Shown: positions 38,752-51,766 of the stretch, piece by piece
How the letters are laid out: the number at the start of each line of letters is the position of its first letter
Numbering within the stretch: the stretch's first letter is position 1
Assembly: GCF_021028975.2 (NCBI RefSeq)
Contig: NC_059425.1
Coordinates: 125,240,001-125,304,000, forward strand
Direction: 5' to 3'
Source of the DNA: Sphaerodactylus townsendi
Taxonomy: Eukaryota
Length of the DNA stretch: 64,000 nucleotides
Program-made: the position numbers and the translations under genes
Notes under the pieces: generated by a model
Told to the model about the DNA's origin: nothing
Databases searched by the model: none
What the model saw: the letters and a program-made list of their open reading frames with translations, nothing else

Positions 38752-39801
38752 TCTTTCTTGGTTAGCCCATGTTAAAATGGCATCAGTAAAAGCTACCCCA
38801 ACTGTAAACACTTTAGTGATTTTTTTTAATGCTAGAGGACATCAATACATTCTAGCAGTAAGCAAGGCATTCAATGCAAAAGTAGTTCTGCAGCAACTCT
38901 ATGGCTCCTTTCCCTAGCTCAAAACACCAGTCTAAATACTTTACACTCTAAATATTTGTTCAGGATTATGGGTTTTGTAAACTGCGTGACTTATGCAGCC
39001 TTATGTATTGAACTAGGCCTATGTTCCCTAACTACCTCGGCTTGGACTAGAGCAACTACATACTGGTTAAAAATCCACCACCATTCCAAGCCAGGCAGTT
39101 TTACATGCTTACTGCTCTCTGAACTTAACACCTCAAACTGGCATGAGAAAATGGTTGATAAGATTACAGAAATTGGCATATCTATGGATGAAATAACAAT
39201 GTTATCTTATCTAGAGGCAAAAAAAACCTGTTAAAAGAAAAATTCCTCGAATGGGATTATCAAAGATCTTTAATAGCAGCAAATTCAACTTGCTCATCTC
39301 TAAATCAATCACTAGTTGAAGTAAAGGGTTATATGTCTTATTATTTACTTTACATGACTAACTTCAGATTAAGACATGTATTTTCTTTAGCAAGATTCAA
39401 TATTTTGCCGTTTGCTTTACTCGAGGGTTGGTTCCAAAAAATACCAAAGACCGAAAGATTATGTCCTTGTAATAGCACACAAGTAGAAACGTTAGAGCAT
39501 ATCATGTTTCACTGCCCAAATAGGGAATACTTAAGGTATTCCCACCGCTTAAGGTATAAGCATCGAGTATTGTTTACATCTTTTAACATGAATATGACAG
39601 ATGTTCAAAGGATAAAGCATTTCTTGGATGGTTCAAATCAAGATTTTTCTGAATTAGTTGCCAAGTTTCTGTTGGATATAATTGGTACTTCAATTAAGGG
39701 AGATTTTTATATTAAATGATGGTTATTTGAGCTATATTATGCTATTCTGGTTGTAAAATGAGTCATTGTATGATGCCAATAAAGGCTTTATATTAGTATT
39801 T
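38752..39801 (+). mobile_element. 5'-truncated RTE-X-like LINE
   Basis: 15-bp TSD GAGTAGGGTAGCCAA (38737-38751, 39802-39816); YAALCIELG and RLCPCNSTQVETLEHIMFHC, homologous to 15213-15947. Confidence 0.9.
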
Positions 39802-40107
39802 GAGTAGGGTAGCCAAGCTCAATTGCAACTAAGCTTCACATTATAAATATCAATGGTCCTAAAGAAAATGGCTGCTTGGGAGGATGGATTCTATGGTATC
39901 ATATCCTGCTGAAGTTCCTCCACTCCCCAAATCTTGCCTTCTCCAAGCTTTGCTGTCAAATCTCCAGACATTTCCTAACTCACAGTTGGCAAACAGACAC
40001 TAATATAAACCAAAACACTTATGGAGCAGTTTATCCCACTAAGTCAAAAGTTGTAGCTGAAGGTTCCTAGGGTTTTTGTCTTACCCATGAAACTGAAAGA
40101 AAATTTG

Positions 40108-40260
40108 TTTCCTGCATCACCCGCTGGCATACCCCTCCCCAACACAGCATTTCTTACATTTCAATGCACTTTGCTGGATTTTACTGTGCAGAATATCAAA
40201 ATCCACTTGGATTGTGAAAGTGGATTGAAAGTGCATTATTCTGCATGTGCAGAAGGGGCC
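40108..40260. mobile_element. Harbinger-type MITE, partial (same family as 51402-51552)
   Basis: Shared end GATTGAAAGTGCATTATTCTGCATGTG..AAGGGGCC. Confidence 0.6.
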
Positions 40261-40644
40261 ACAGTGTTTGAAAAAGGCATTTTCCAACTTAACTTGATGA
40301 CAAATTATTATGTGACCCACACTTTACAAAAACACAAACATGATATGAACCAACTATTCATATACAAGTGCCAATTTTTGCAGGTACTAATGTGCCAACA
40401 AATAACTTTATTGTCTATCAAGCTCCTGCCTCTCCCCTACTTTTTGTACAAATATAGGAAATCATGGAAATAGTTTTACTTAAAGCTGCCTTTTAAAAAA
40501 AAGGACAGCATTGCAGGATTCCCATGTTTCTTCTGATAATAATAATTGAAAATACAAATAACAGCTATACAGCTAGGAAAATCCAGTCTATTCATTCCTG
40601 GGATACCCAAATAATCAGATACCTGACACAATTTGAGACATTTA

Positions 40645-41304
40645 GAAGCCTTCCGCACTGTAGGATTTGACCTTAGTTTGATGTAGGTTCGACCCGGGTA
40701 CTCCACACAGCCATAGTGTTCGACTTGTGTCTGTCTCTGCTCCCCCCTCTCACCATCAAATTTTCGAGCTTGACTGGGAAGTATGACTTTTTGCCGAACC
40801 CAGGTTGCACTCAAGCCGAAGCCGGCACAATGCGGAATCTCCCTCGCCTCGCCTCTCCCGGTGAGCCTATCACAGTGCACTATTTTGGCCATGCGCAGAA
40901 TGGGAGACTCGCGGTGGTGAAAAGCGCACCTTCAAAAAAACCCCTTCTCATGTTCGAAGCAACGGCTCAGCTCTGCTTGTTCAGCTCCGACAGAGAAGGC
41001 TTGTGAAAATGCAGATTCCCACCAGTTTGTGACAGGCAGGAAATTGGCGCTTTGTGACATTGTCACAACATAGCTCCTATGTGGCAAAACAGAAAAAAGG
41101 GATGCGCACACATGTTTCCCACCATAGAATGGCAGCCAATTGGGAATGAGGAGTGAAAGACGCGAGGAGGTAACCCCGCCCTCTGAACTCAGGTCCGGAG
41201 AGATGACCCGGCTGCTGTGCAGAATAACAGAAGAGTCGAGCTCAGGTAACGATTTCTGCAGACACGAGTCGAACCTAGGTCATCTCTGCTGTGCGGGAAG
41301 CCCC
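40645..41304. mobile_element. PIF/Harbinger-type non-autonomous element
   Basis: TTA TSD on both sides; imperfect TIRs GAAGCCTTCCGCAC / GTGCGGGAAGCCCC; CpG-rich. Confidence 0.7.
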
Positions 41305-42138
41305 TTAGATACCTCCTGAGAAAGTAAAAATAACCAAAGGACAATAGTGTGTAATATGAATGTGCCATTGTAAAATTTCAGATATGGACAGGGGGAGAGT
41401 TGGATCATTAGGATCTGATGAGTGGGAGGGAGGCTCACTGTTTACTTTTTATGCGTATTATCTTTAGTGAGGAGGCTGGAGCACTGCTCTCCTTTCCCTC
41501 TACAGATGCCCTTAACCCAGAATAAAAGATTTTCAATCTGCCATCCCCCAAATTTATTCATACATCTTAAAGAGGAAAACAGAGATAAATGTTAAGTTAT
41601 GCTGACTATGAATTTGTTACAGCTCTTCCTAACTTGACAACAAGCCCTGGAGCAGCTTAACACTTGTTTTCAGACAGATGGGAGTAGGTATCCCTGTCCT
41701 CTAGCCAAGTAAAATTTATCCAGTTTCAGAGAAATATGAATTGACATCTCTTTACTCCTTTCACAGGATTCTTTAACTAGGGCAGGCTGCTTCTTAAACA
41801 CAAATGGATGTTCAGGTGACAACAACAAAATTCTCCTCTCTCCCACACAAACCACCTTACCTTGCTGTGCTCCAGAGCTTTCAGCATTTTTTCCCTATTT
41901 CAACTCCAATACTATGTCAGCAAGAATGAGAAAAAAGCACTGGATTAAAGCAGACAAGACAAAGATCATACATCTCTGTCCACCCATCTTGCATGTTTCT
42001 GCAACCACATTTTGTCAAAATTGTTCAGGGAAGGAAGAAATAGCTTAACCCTTCAACTTTCATCTAGTATTCTTTATTGAAACAATGATTCTTACTTTGT
42101 TATTAACATTTTAAAGAAAAAAATATTTTAAAGCATAC

Positions 42139-42231
42139 TTTCCCCGATGGCCGTGTTGGGGAACATGATCCTGTTGTCCAAACGAAGTGCAGATTGAAGG
42201 GCTCGATCTCCTATTTCTTCCTCATGTGACT
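42139..42231 (-). CDS. Candidate 93-nt symmetric (phase 1) host exon, (E)SHEEEIGDRALQSALRLDNRIMFPNTAIGE; gene unidentified
   Basis: TTTTCTTCAG acceptor, GTATGC donor, only one open frame, several CpGs in CpG-poor unique DNA. Confidence 0.4.
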
Positions 42232-44205
42232 CTGAAGAAAACTGAGACTACCTTGTTTCCAGTGTGCATCTTGGTCCTGTTTGCATGCAAAGATGTGGGA
42301 TGTAATATGATCAAAAGTTGTGTTTCTTTTAGTTTAACCATTATGTGAATGGCTTGGACTCAACCAGTTTACTTGGTTGGGCATAATAGCATCTCTGTGT
42401 TGTTGGGATTTGTATCTAGGGAAAAATGTCAGTTGTATTATCAGATATGAAGAACAATCCTCTTTCATATGGAAAGGTAATATGATTCTTCCTCAGAAAT
42501 GATCTGCATCTTGACTGGTTTTGTGTCTCTGTGTGTCTCTCTGTGTGTTTATTATTTTTCTTGATGAAGCTTTGTTGAAGCCTCCATCTATCAGAGTAGG
42601 GCAGAGTAGGGGCATCTCCCTCCATTCCATCAGCTTCTAATCCTGCCTGCCTGCTAGTACAAGCAAAATGTTTGTTTCTGGCCCTGCATGATCTGCAAGT
42701 TGGCTGGTGCTGTTTTTCTCTCAAAAGAAGGAAAGGAAGGGCAGTAACCTCCAATCCCATCTTCTCAAGCTGCATAGTCATTTATCATGAGGGAAACCAC
42801 TTCCTACACATCCCCAGCTGAGCACAATGGCAACTGGAATAGTACTTTCCTTGATTTCTCTGCCGGTACATATCGTCTGTTGCTGAGTTACTCTTTTGCT
42901 TTGTTGCTTCTGCTGTCTGGAATTTTCAAAGTGGATACAATAGTAGCCCTTCTCATCTAAATAATCATAAAATCAGAACATCTGATTTCTGTTTTTGAAT
43001 GATAGAAGTAACTTTATTTGTTGCACTTCTGATATTTATGCATGGCCCAGATTTGCTTAGGTCAAATCTTGATGAGTAAATTTCTGATGACATATTCCCA
43101 TTCTTTAATGAATTGTTGTAAATGGAATTCCAAGCCTTATGACTGCTATCCAATTTGCCTTTGAATAAAATTCCTTTTGAGCTTGATTTTCAGTTGTCAA
43201 AAGCTTTGGAATCACCCATCTATTAACACTGAGATGATGATTAATAATATACTTCCCTGTCAAGAATTAGAACTTCTCAAGAGTGGTTCTGTACACCAGA
43301 TCTCAACGGTTATACTAAGAACATTTAATATAGTTTAATTGTCTGATATCTTACAACATGACCATTCATATCTTGAAATAAATCATCATGTAAAGACAAA
43401 CTAAGTTTTGCAAAGTGGTCAAACAAAAATTAGTCTGAGTGGAATTCAAAAAGCTCATAAACAACTAGGTGTATTCTTGAAGATACTGGTAAAGCAACTA
43501 GGAAATAATCTATTTATTTTGGATCTGAGCAATTGCAGATTTGAGGCTCACTGGATTTTCTGACTTTCCTCAGGGATATAGTTAGCTTCTTAATGATATC
43601 TACTTAGCAACTCATCTATTCAGTTATTTCAATTATTCTGATATTTGCTGGAAGTCAAACTCTGCCAAGATTACGAAGTCCAACAAATTCCTCACTTCAC
43701 TTGCAGACAGTTTCATTGTCCAGAAGGTGGAAGAGGCAGCAAAGGGATCCATCTTTTTAGATCTGATCCTAACCAACTGTGATGACCTGGTTAATGAGGT
43801 GGAAATGTTAGGATCCTTTGGTGGGTGTGATACAAGAGTCTCCTGGAATTCATACAAGAAATGGAAAAAGGGGACATAGCCAAAGAGAAATTCAAAATAG
43901 CTAGCATCTGTAGGGAGAAAGTCAGATAAGCTAAAGAGCAGAAAGAGCTCAGGCTTGCTAAAGAAGTTAAAAACAATAAAGCAATACTTTTATTATGTGC
44001 ATAGTGAAAGAAATAGCAAGGAAATGGTAGGATCACTGTGTGGAGAAGATGGCAAAATGCTTTCAGGGGATAGAGAAAATGTTGAACTACTCGACACCTT
44101 CTTTGTCTCAGTCTTCTCCCTAAAAAAAACCAGTGCTCAAGCCAGGAAAAATGAAGGAAGTGATGCAGTAGAGGAAATCCAGCACATAATAAATAAGAAG
44201 GTAAT

Positions 44206-45859
44206 TATGATGGATTCACCAGATGCACACCAGAACCTTCAGCATAGTGTGGAGATGGACCAGAATGTATAAAATTTGTATTTAATCAAGTTGCCTGAAC
44301 CAAGGATTTGATGAATCAAAATGGCTCTCTGTATAGTGACCAGAGGCCTGCATGTTAGCAGCTTCTCAGTGAAGATGCAGGCAGGTACAGATACACATCT
44401 TTAGGGTCTTGTAACGACAGGTTACTATATGGCAGAAGCCATATAAATTTTATTACCTTGTTTTTCTTGGTTAGGACCAGCAATAGGGGATAGCTAAATC
44501 AGTGTGATTAATGAAATAAGGAAAAAGTGTTTTTCTATTTATGTTGAATGAACACAGAAATGATAATGAGTGATTCATATTTACTTGTATTTGATCATAA
44601 TTCTATTGTCTTAGAATCGAAGGTGTAATTGTTGTTAGAATCAATATTTGTAAATCATTTCTAAATGGTAAAGAAAAGTATATTAAGCCTGCATTGCCTG
44701 AAGGGGAAATATCTATCTGGGAGCAAAGTTAGAAAAAGAGAAGAACAAGTTTTTCTTGGAGACGACAAGCTAGTTTTATGGCAGCCCTTTTGTAATGGAT
44801 AGAGGTGCATGCAGCGTTTGACGTAGAATAAGAGGCTGTCTTCATGTGACCAGGAGACAGTTCTCTCCAATGAGGTTTGAACATACATGCTTGTAGCACG
44901 TGAAAGAGGTATGGACTATGTACGTAAATCTTATGATGATTGTGTGACGTTTGTATTTTTGCGTCTATAAAAATTGGTCCCTTTGTATCAAGGGTGTGCC
45001 TCTTATCCTTAAGGGGACACCCTGGTCAGATACTTATGCTGTCCAGTAAACTTATCTTCTGTTTCAAAATTGCTTCTTGGGTGTTTTTCTAACTTAGTCT
45101 TAAACTAATTCAACTGTGTAGGACCAGAGACGTGGTCCTGGCCCCACAATAGTAAGGGTTAAGCCTCCCAACAACTGATTGTAATGTGGAGGGGAAAAAG
45201 GGGAGCTGACAATTGTTGTTTAGAAGGGAGCTAGCAGCCAACACATTGGGTGTTAAGATGAAATTTAGCTGTGACAGGAGGGAATATATTAAATCATTTT
45301 AGAGATCCCTAAGGGGAGAAGTAAATACAGAAGGTAGCTGGGTTCCAGGAGGGCAGAGAAGAGGGTTTTGATAAGGAGTGGGGTATCAGAACACCTCAGT
45401 GAAAGCCCATGATTTGAGATACTTCCAGGGTGAAGCTATTCTCTAAGGGAACCAAGAATTTCAGTTTTGCTTTTTTGTTCTGTTCTGTCAGATTATATTA
45501 AATATAAGAACTACATACCTGTGGTCAGGCAAAGAGACACTCCTGTCCTGTCCTGAGGTACAATCTTAAACTGTATTTGAGTTTGATACACTTACTTTAA
45601 ATTATACCTTCTCTGAATGTTAAAAGGAAACTGAAAGAAAAACACCTTTACTATTTATAATGTCTGTAGAATAAACTCCTAAATTCTGTTCAGATCATAT
45701 CTGTCTCTGGGTGGTGGCCTTTTATAACCTAACTTATACAAAAAGGGAACTAATGTAACTTAAATCTCTAAGAAGAAAATCAGTAGGAAGCAGTTAATTA
45801 TTCAGGGAACTTCCTCACTCCTCTTCTATACAAAGAAGGGTGAAAGGGAACTTAATTCA
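44206..45859 (+). mobile_element. LTR-like insertion(s) within CR1 (probably one or two solo LTRs)
   Basis: Interrupts CR1 at AAGAAGGTA|GTACTGG; flanked by GTAAT/GTAGT; ends in CA; two TATA/polyA-like cassettes (~44966/45046 and ~45500/45670). Confidence 0.5.
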
Positions 45860-45940
45860 GTAGTACTGGAACACCTGGCAACTCTACATGAATTCAAGTT
45901 TCCAGGGCCTGATGAACTATATCCATGGGTAAAGAACTAG

Positions 45941-46068
45941 AGTGGATTCCGCATGGGCCAAAAACAGCAGTGTGAAAATGGTGTAAAATGGTTGAAAGCG
46001 GTGTAAAAGGGTTACTCCGTTTTCATACTGTTTTCACACCACTGTTTTTGGCCCATGCAGAATCTGCC
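45941..46068. mobile_element. Palindromic Harbinger-type MITE in CR1
   Basis: TAG TSD; whole element is an imperfect inverted repeat. Confidence 0.8.
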
Positions 46069-48424
46069 TAGCAGAAGTAATCTCAGAACCACTGACAATA
46101 CTCTAAGAAATCCTGGAGAATAGGAGAAGTCTCAACAGAATGGAGGAGGGCAAATATTGTCCCTATCTTCAAAATGGGGGGGGGGGGAAGAAGTCCCAAA
46201 CAATTACTGTCCAGTCAGCCTGACAATACCAGCAAAGAATCTAGCAGATTATTAAACAGATAGTCTGCTGACACTTAGAAAGGAATGCTGTGATCACTGG
46301 GTTTCTCAAAAATGAGTCATGTCAGACCAATCTTATCTCTCTCTCTCTTTTTTTTAACAGAGTAGCTTGGCAGATGAAGGGAATGCTGTGGATGTAGCAT
46401 ACCTTGATTTCAGGAAGGCCTTTGACAAGGTGCCCCATGATATTCTTGCAAGCAAGCTAGTAAAATGTGGGCTGCACAAGGCTACTGTTAGGTGTTTTAG
46501 TTGGTTGACCAACAGAACCCAAAAGACACCAGTGGCTCCTCTTAATGCTAGAGAGAAGTGATTAGCAGGGTGCCACAGGGTTCTGTCCTGGGCCCAGTGT
46601 TATTCAACATTTTTATAATTGACTTGGATGATGGAATAGAGGGCATGCTAATCAAATTTGCAGATGACACCAAGGGATAGTGAATACCCCCAAGGACAGG
46701 GTCAGAATTCAAAATGGCCTTGACAGATTAGAGAGCTGGACCAAAACTAAGAAAATGAATATCAACCGGTAGAAATGTAAGGTATTAGGTAGAAAAAATG
46801 AAATGCACAGATATAGAATGGGCAATACTTGCCTTATCAATAGTATACATAAAATAGATCTTGGAGTCTTAGTAGATCAAAAACTGAGTATGAGTCAATG
46901 GTGTGATGTAGCATCAGGGAAAGTCAATGCAATTCTGGGCTATATCATTGAGGGATAGTGTTTAGGTCAAAGGAAGTAATGATCAGACTAAGTGCCTCAA
47001 ATCCTGTGTCCAGTTCTGGACACCAAATTCAAGAAGAATATTGGCAAGTCCAGAGGATAAAATCTTAAAATGTCTGGAATCCATGCCCTTTGAGGAAGAC
47101 TTAGGGAGCTGGGTATGTTTAGTCTAGAGAAGAAAAGGTTAAGGAATGACATGATAGCCATGTTCAAATATTTGAAGGGATGTAATATTGAAGAGGGAGC
47201 AAGCTCGTTTTCTGCTACTTCTGACAAGACAAGAACAAGAAGTAATGGATTCAAAGGACAAGAAATAATGGATTCAAACTACGAGAAAGGATATTTCAGC
47301 TAAACATTAGGAAGAACTGTTCAACAGCTGTTCAACAGTAGGTTATGCTGCCTTCGATTGTAATGGAGTCTCCCTCTTTGGAGGTTTTTATACAGAAGTT
47401 GGATAGCCATCCCTGGAGGGCTTTGATGGTGTTTTCCTGAATGGCAGGGGGTTGGACTGAATGGCCTTTGTAATCTCTTCCAACTCTATGATTTTGTTTT
47501 CAGAGGCAACATTACAAATGTAATTAAAAGAAAAAAATCCTTTAAGTATTGCCTAGCTTACCAAATATAATGATTATGATACTTTTTAGCCTACAGGGAG
47601 CAGAACATAATTGCTTGGTCAAAACCATTCTGATCTAGGATAAGCTGTTTAATTTATTATCATAAGTTAATATATTAAACACTTTAGCACTTGTTTAATA
47701 ACCTGCCTGCAGAAAAGAAATGTGTGTGGTTTGCATCAAAATATTAATAAACTCTATGTGCAGAAAGGATTTAGTACTGCTATTGAATCCTCGATGTGTA
47801 TAGTTAGGATTTTTGCTTTCCCTTCAGGCTTTTTGAATTACATTATTATGATGAATCTTAGATGGCTGTGACAAGAATATTGTAAGTCAAAAAGAGTAAG
47901 TGTACAAGGGATTTTCTGTACTTAGGTAGTGATTTACATGATTATGCATTCTTAAGTCGAGTAACATAGAAGTAATTCAAGTTAATGATTCTAAAATTCA
48001 GAATAAGGAGCCTAAATAGATGAAGGTAACAACAAAATAACACAAGAAGCCAGTTAGGATGTTCAAATCCATATTGAAACACTGTGAATATTTAATACTG
48101 TGAATATATTTTGACAATCTGTTAATTAATAATGTACTCCTAAGCAGAGTAATACTGTTCTAGGATGAATGCCTTCAGTGGACTTAGAAGGATGTAATCC
48201 TGTAAACAAATGCATTGTAAATGTGTTATTTTAAAAGTGAACATCAGACTAGACCAGACTCCTCATATAGAAATGTTTTGGAGAAGTATCATGAAAGTTA
48301 CTAAATAATTCATCGAAGCTGACATTTCATTCTTCATTCTGTAAAGAAATTTGGCTATGGCAGGTGCAGTAGCATCAAAAGATCTTGATAATGGTCATTG
48401 ACACTTGAGGAGGGGAGAATGTGC

Positions 48425-49465
48425 TCGAGGGTACAGAAAGACAACACAGACAACTACCTTGTATGGAATAAAATTTGACCACAGCCTGTTTATTGGTATG
48501 CTGGCCGAAGGAAGCAGAGGCGCAGGATAGGGGATGGATCCGGCACTGGGCATCAAGTCTGCTGTCCCCCAGTAATAACCTTCCTCCTGCCCAATGAATG
48601 GGGGGGGGGGGAAACAATACCTGGAGCAGCAAGATAGTGTGAGCCATCTGGGTGCTGGCATCTGGATGAACTCCCCTTGTTTCCAGGGGATACGAGCCAC
48701 CTGCAGCCCCCACCTGGACATGTGGTACACATGCTCGCTACCACCCCCCAGGCCTCTTATGGTTGAGATTACTCAAGGCGTGCCACTGTCTTATTGGTCC
48801 TGCATCTGGCCAGATCCACTTTCTCTGGGGTCAATACCATACTTGATGCTCCAGTAGGTGGGACCAGAAAATAGCAGCGTGTCATGAATTCCAAGTCCAA
48901 CACCATGCGGTGTTGTAAGTAGATCATTCTCTCCCAGATGATGATTAAAATGTGAGGTGGTCTGTCCCTTGCAACTGCTTCATCCAGTACTGGCAGCAAG
49001 GCCTCCCAACACATCCCTCTCTGTCCCATCCAAAACATGGTCACATGGCTGGCAAGGCCAAGGTCTCTTCCCCAACCAGAAGGCGAGGCATACTTGGCAG
49101 CCCAATAGACAATGTTGTGGCCAACAATCCAGTCCTGCTATGGCCTGAAAGGACTGAAAGATGATAAACATTAGTTCTCAAGCCAGGGGCGAACATATTC
49201 CTTGTATGCCAGGAAGCGTCAGTGCCCAATGGTGCAGATCTGCTCCTCAGGCAAACCCAGATGTGCTGCAGTTGTAGCGGCACCAATACAGAAAGCGTGG
49301 GGACCAAACCTGATGCCAGGAGCCCCATGTGGCCCAAACTAATCCAAATGGAAACATGATAAGCACATGCTATCAGAATGTATAAGGAAGGGGCCCCCAC
49401 ACCTAGGCTGGCATTCTGGCCCTTTGCTGTGGAGACCCCCCTTGATTTTCACTGGGGGGTGGGGG
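48425..49465 (-). mobile_element. Second Ngaro/DIRS-type remnant (YR C-terminus, SGNH hydrolase, 3' terminal region)
   Basis: HAFCIGAATTAA...IGH*RFLAYKEYVRP; WIVGHNIVYWA; WMGQRGMCW; PHILII-HLGENDLL; AATAAA-CAGGCTGTGGTC end. Confidence 0.8.
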
Positions 49466-49469
49466 GCAT

Positions 49470-51683
49470 GCAAATTTGTTGTTTGATTTTTGCATTATCA
49501 TTTTGTCTATCAGGAGTTGATTTTTTGTACCCCTGCTCCTCCTTTTGTTCCCATTTTGCTCCCCTTGCAGGATGTTATTCGCTTCCATGGTGTGATCCAT
49601 TATTCAATTTCGATACTATTGATTTTATTTGTGCTCTATCTATTTGTTTGTTCACCACCCTGAGCCCTCCGGGGGAGGGCGGTTTATAAATATAAATATA
49701 ACAACAACAACAACAACAACCACAACAACAACAACCACCACCCAATCCAAAGACCTTTATTAGACATAAAATCCAGAGAATACCAAACATTCCAGATACA
49801 TTAAAAGGATCACTATTACGCATCTTGTAAGACACGAATTAAAAATGTAGCAACTGCTTCCAAGATTTCTGCATTAGAATTGTTCAAGAGCTTGAAGATC
49901 CATTATTATGCCATTGAACAGTTTGAACACCATAGGCAAACATGTTATTGGTCTGTAGTTTCCAGGTATTGTCCCTTTGGCCAGATCTTTCTGAATTAAG
50001 TATGTTTCCTCAGTTGTTAGCTATTCATCTATTTCACCATTTTGAATGGTTTAGCTGAACTGCTTGGCCATTGATGGGTGCAAACTGCTTAGGTATTTGA
50101 GCCAGAACTCGTGCAGTTGATCATATCCAGGTGCCATCCAGTTTTTCACTTTCTTGATTCAGTGTTTTATCATATCAGTTGTTATGTCCAGTTCTTGCAT
50201 TTGGTTTTTTTGCCCTTTCTCAAAATCTTTTATTTACTGTGATTTCTTGTTGTAATTCTTCTCATTTTCCCACAGATCTTTTGAAAACTGAAGTGTTTAA
50301 TTTTTCTCTGTTTTTTTGCTTTCAATATTGATCTTTGTGTTGAGGCTTTGGTAGAAATGCCTTTGGTCTGAACGAAATTGCTGATTTTGTCTGTACTGGA
50401 AGTTTCTTGTTTTATATTTTTCAATTTTTCTTGCTGTGGCTGTTATTTATTGTTTGGTGATCTCCAGTACTTCTTCAATTGTTCCAGTGTCCAGTACCCT
50501 CTAATTAGTTCTTTTATGATCTTGCCATTCTTTAATTTTTGTTCCTTCATATTTTTCAGGTTACTGACATCTGATCTTAGTTTTTTGATCTTCTGTTCCA
50601 GTCAAATTTTCCACTTTCGTTTTGATGTTTGATTTATCTTGGGTTTAGGTATTTCAGTGCCCAGTTCTTGTGTGATCACTACAGCCATATCATACATGAG
50701 CTGATTGGTTGGTTTGATGGAAGTTATTTCAATTGTCATCAGTACCTTGTTCACACTCCTGATTATGAGCACCAGGTGTTTTGGGGGCACCGTTTTCAAT
50801 GCTAGCAGCCGTTGTCTTTCCTCATTTGATTGTGCATACTTGATGATCTTTTCTCTTAGTTCTTTTGTCTTTCAGACAGTCCATCAGTTGTTTCCATGGA
50901 GACTTTCTTCAATTGTTGCACTATTATTCCCTCTCATGTACTGGCATTTTCATCTGCAATTCTACTATTATATCTCCTGATTTTTCTGATTATGTATTGT
51001 TCTTTCTTCTGGATTTACAGTTGGTTGCTTTTCACAATTTTTTCTAGATTTCCTCCAGTTCTATCTCTATAAACACTTTATTCCATGTGATGAATCATAT
51101 TTGTTTTGCCAGTCTTTGCTCAGTGATTTTTGAATCCAGGTATTGTTTTCACAGTTTGTACATTCGCTTCAAGTATCCTCTTTTTTTCTGGCTCTGAGTT
51201 GTAGTAACAGGCCATGATGGCACAATTTTCTTACTATACTTCTTTCTTTTTGATAGTTGGTCCACTTGTAGCCCACTTGTCAAAACATGCTCAGGGATCT
51301 CACAAGCAACGCGGCCCTTGTTCCCCTGCATGACAACTGATGCAGTATGGAATTATTTTTTATTTGTTTCATCATATTGTATGGGTTGTTCGACATTCTC
51401 AGGCCAGTTCTGCAAATGCAGGATAAAGCACTTCCAATTCACTTTCACAATTGTTTGCAAGTGGATTTTGCTATTTTGCACAGTAAAATCCAGCTGCAAA
51501 GTGCATTGGAAGTTGATTGAAAGTGCATTATTCTGCATGTGTGAAAGGGGCCTTAGTCTGATTTCCTCAGCTGAGACCTGTCTGGTTTGGGAGACCCTTC
51601 TGGTAGGATACCTCCAGCATAGCTCTCAACATCATCGAAGCACGAAAGCCCCTTCCCCACAACAAGAGGGTGTCTATGAGGGG
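49470..51683 (-). mobile_element. R4/Dong-like non-LTR retrotransposon, 5' portion, degenerate
   Basis: KNWMAPGYDQLHEFWLKYL, NYRPITCLP, EQNGNKRRSRGTKNQLLIDKMI; putative 5' UTR abuts (GAT)n. Confidence 0.75.
51402..51552. mobile_element. Harbinger-type MITE inserted in the R4-like 5' region
   Basis: GGCC...GGCC TIRs, TCA/TTA flanks. Confidence 0.7.

Positions 51684-51766
<83 letters not shown>
51684..51766. repeat. (ATC)n microsatellite, ~27 units
   Basis: Directly visible. Confidence 0.95.

Larger units (their letters stand above)
43635..47494 (+). mobile_element. CR1 LINE (endonuclease to 3' end), internally deleted and interrupted by nested insertions
   Basis: [76 protein letters not shown], terminal CCAACTCTATGATT. 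Confidence 0.9.
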
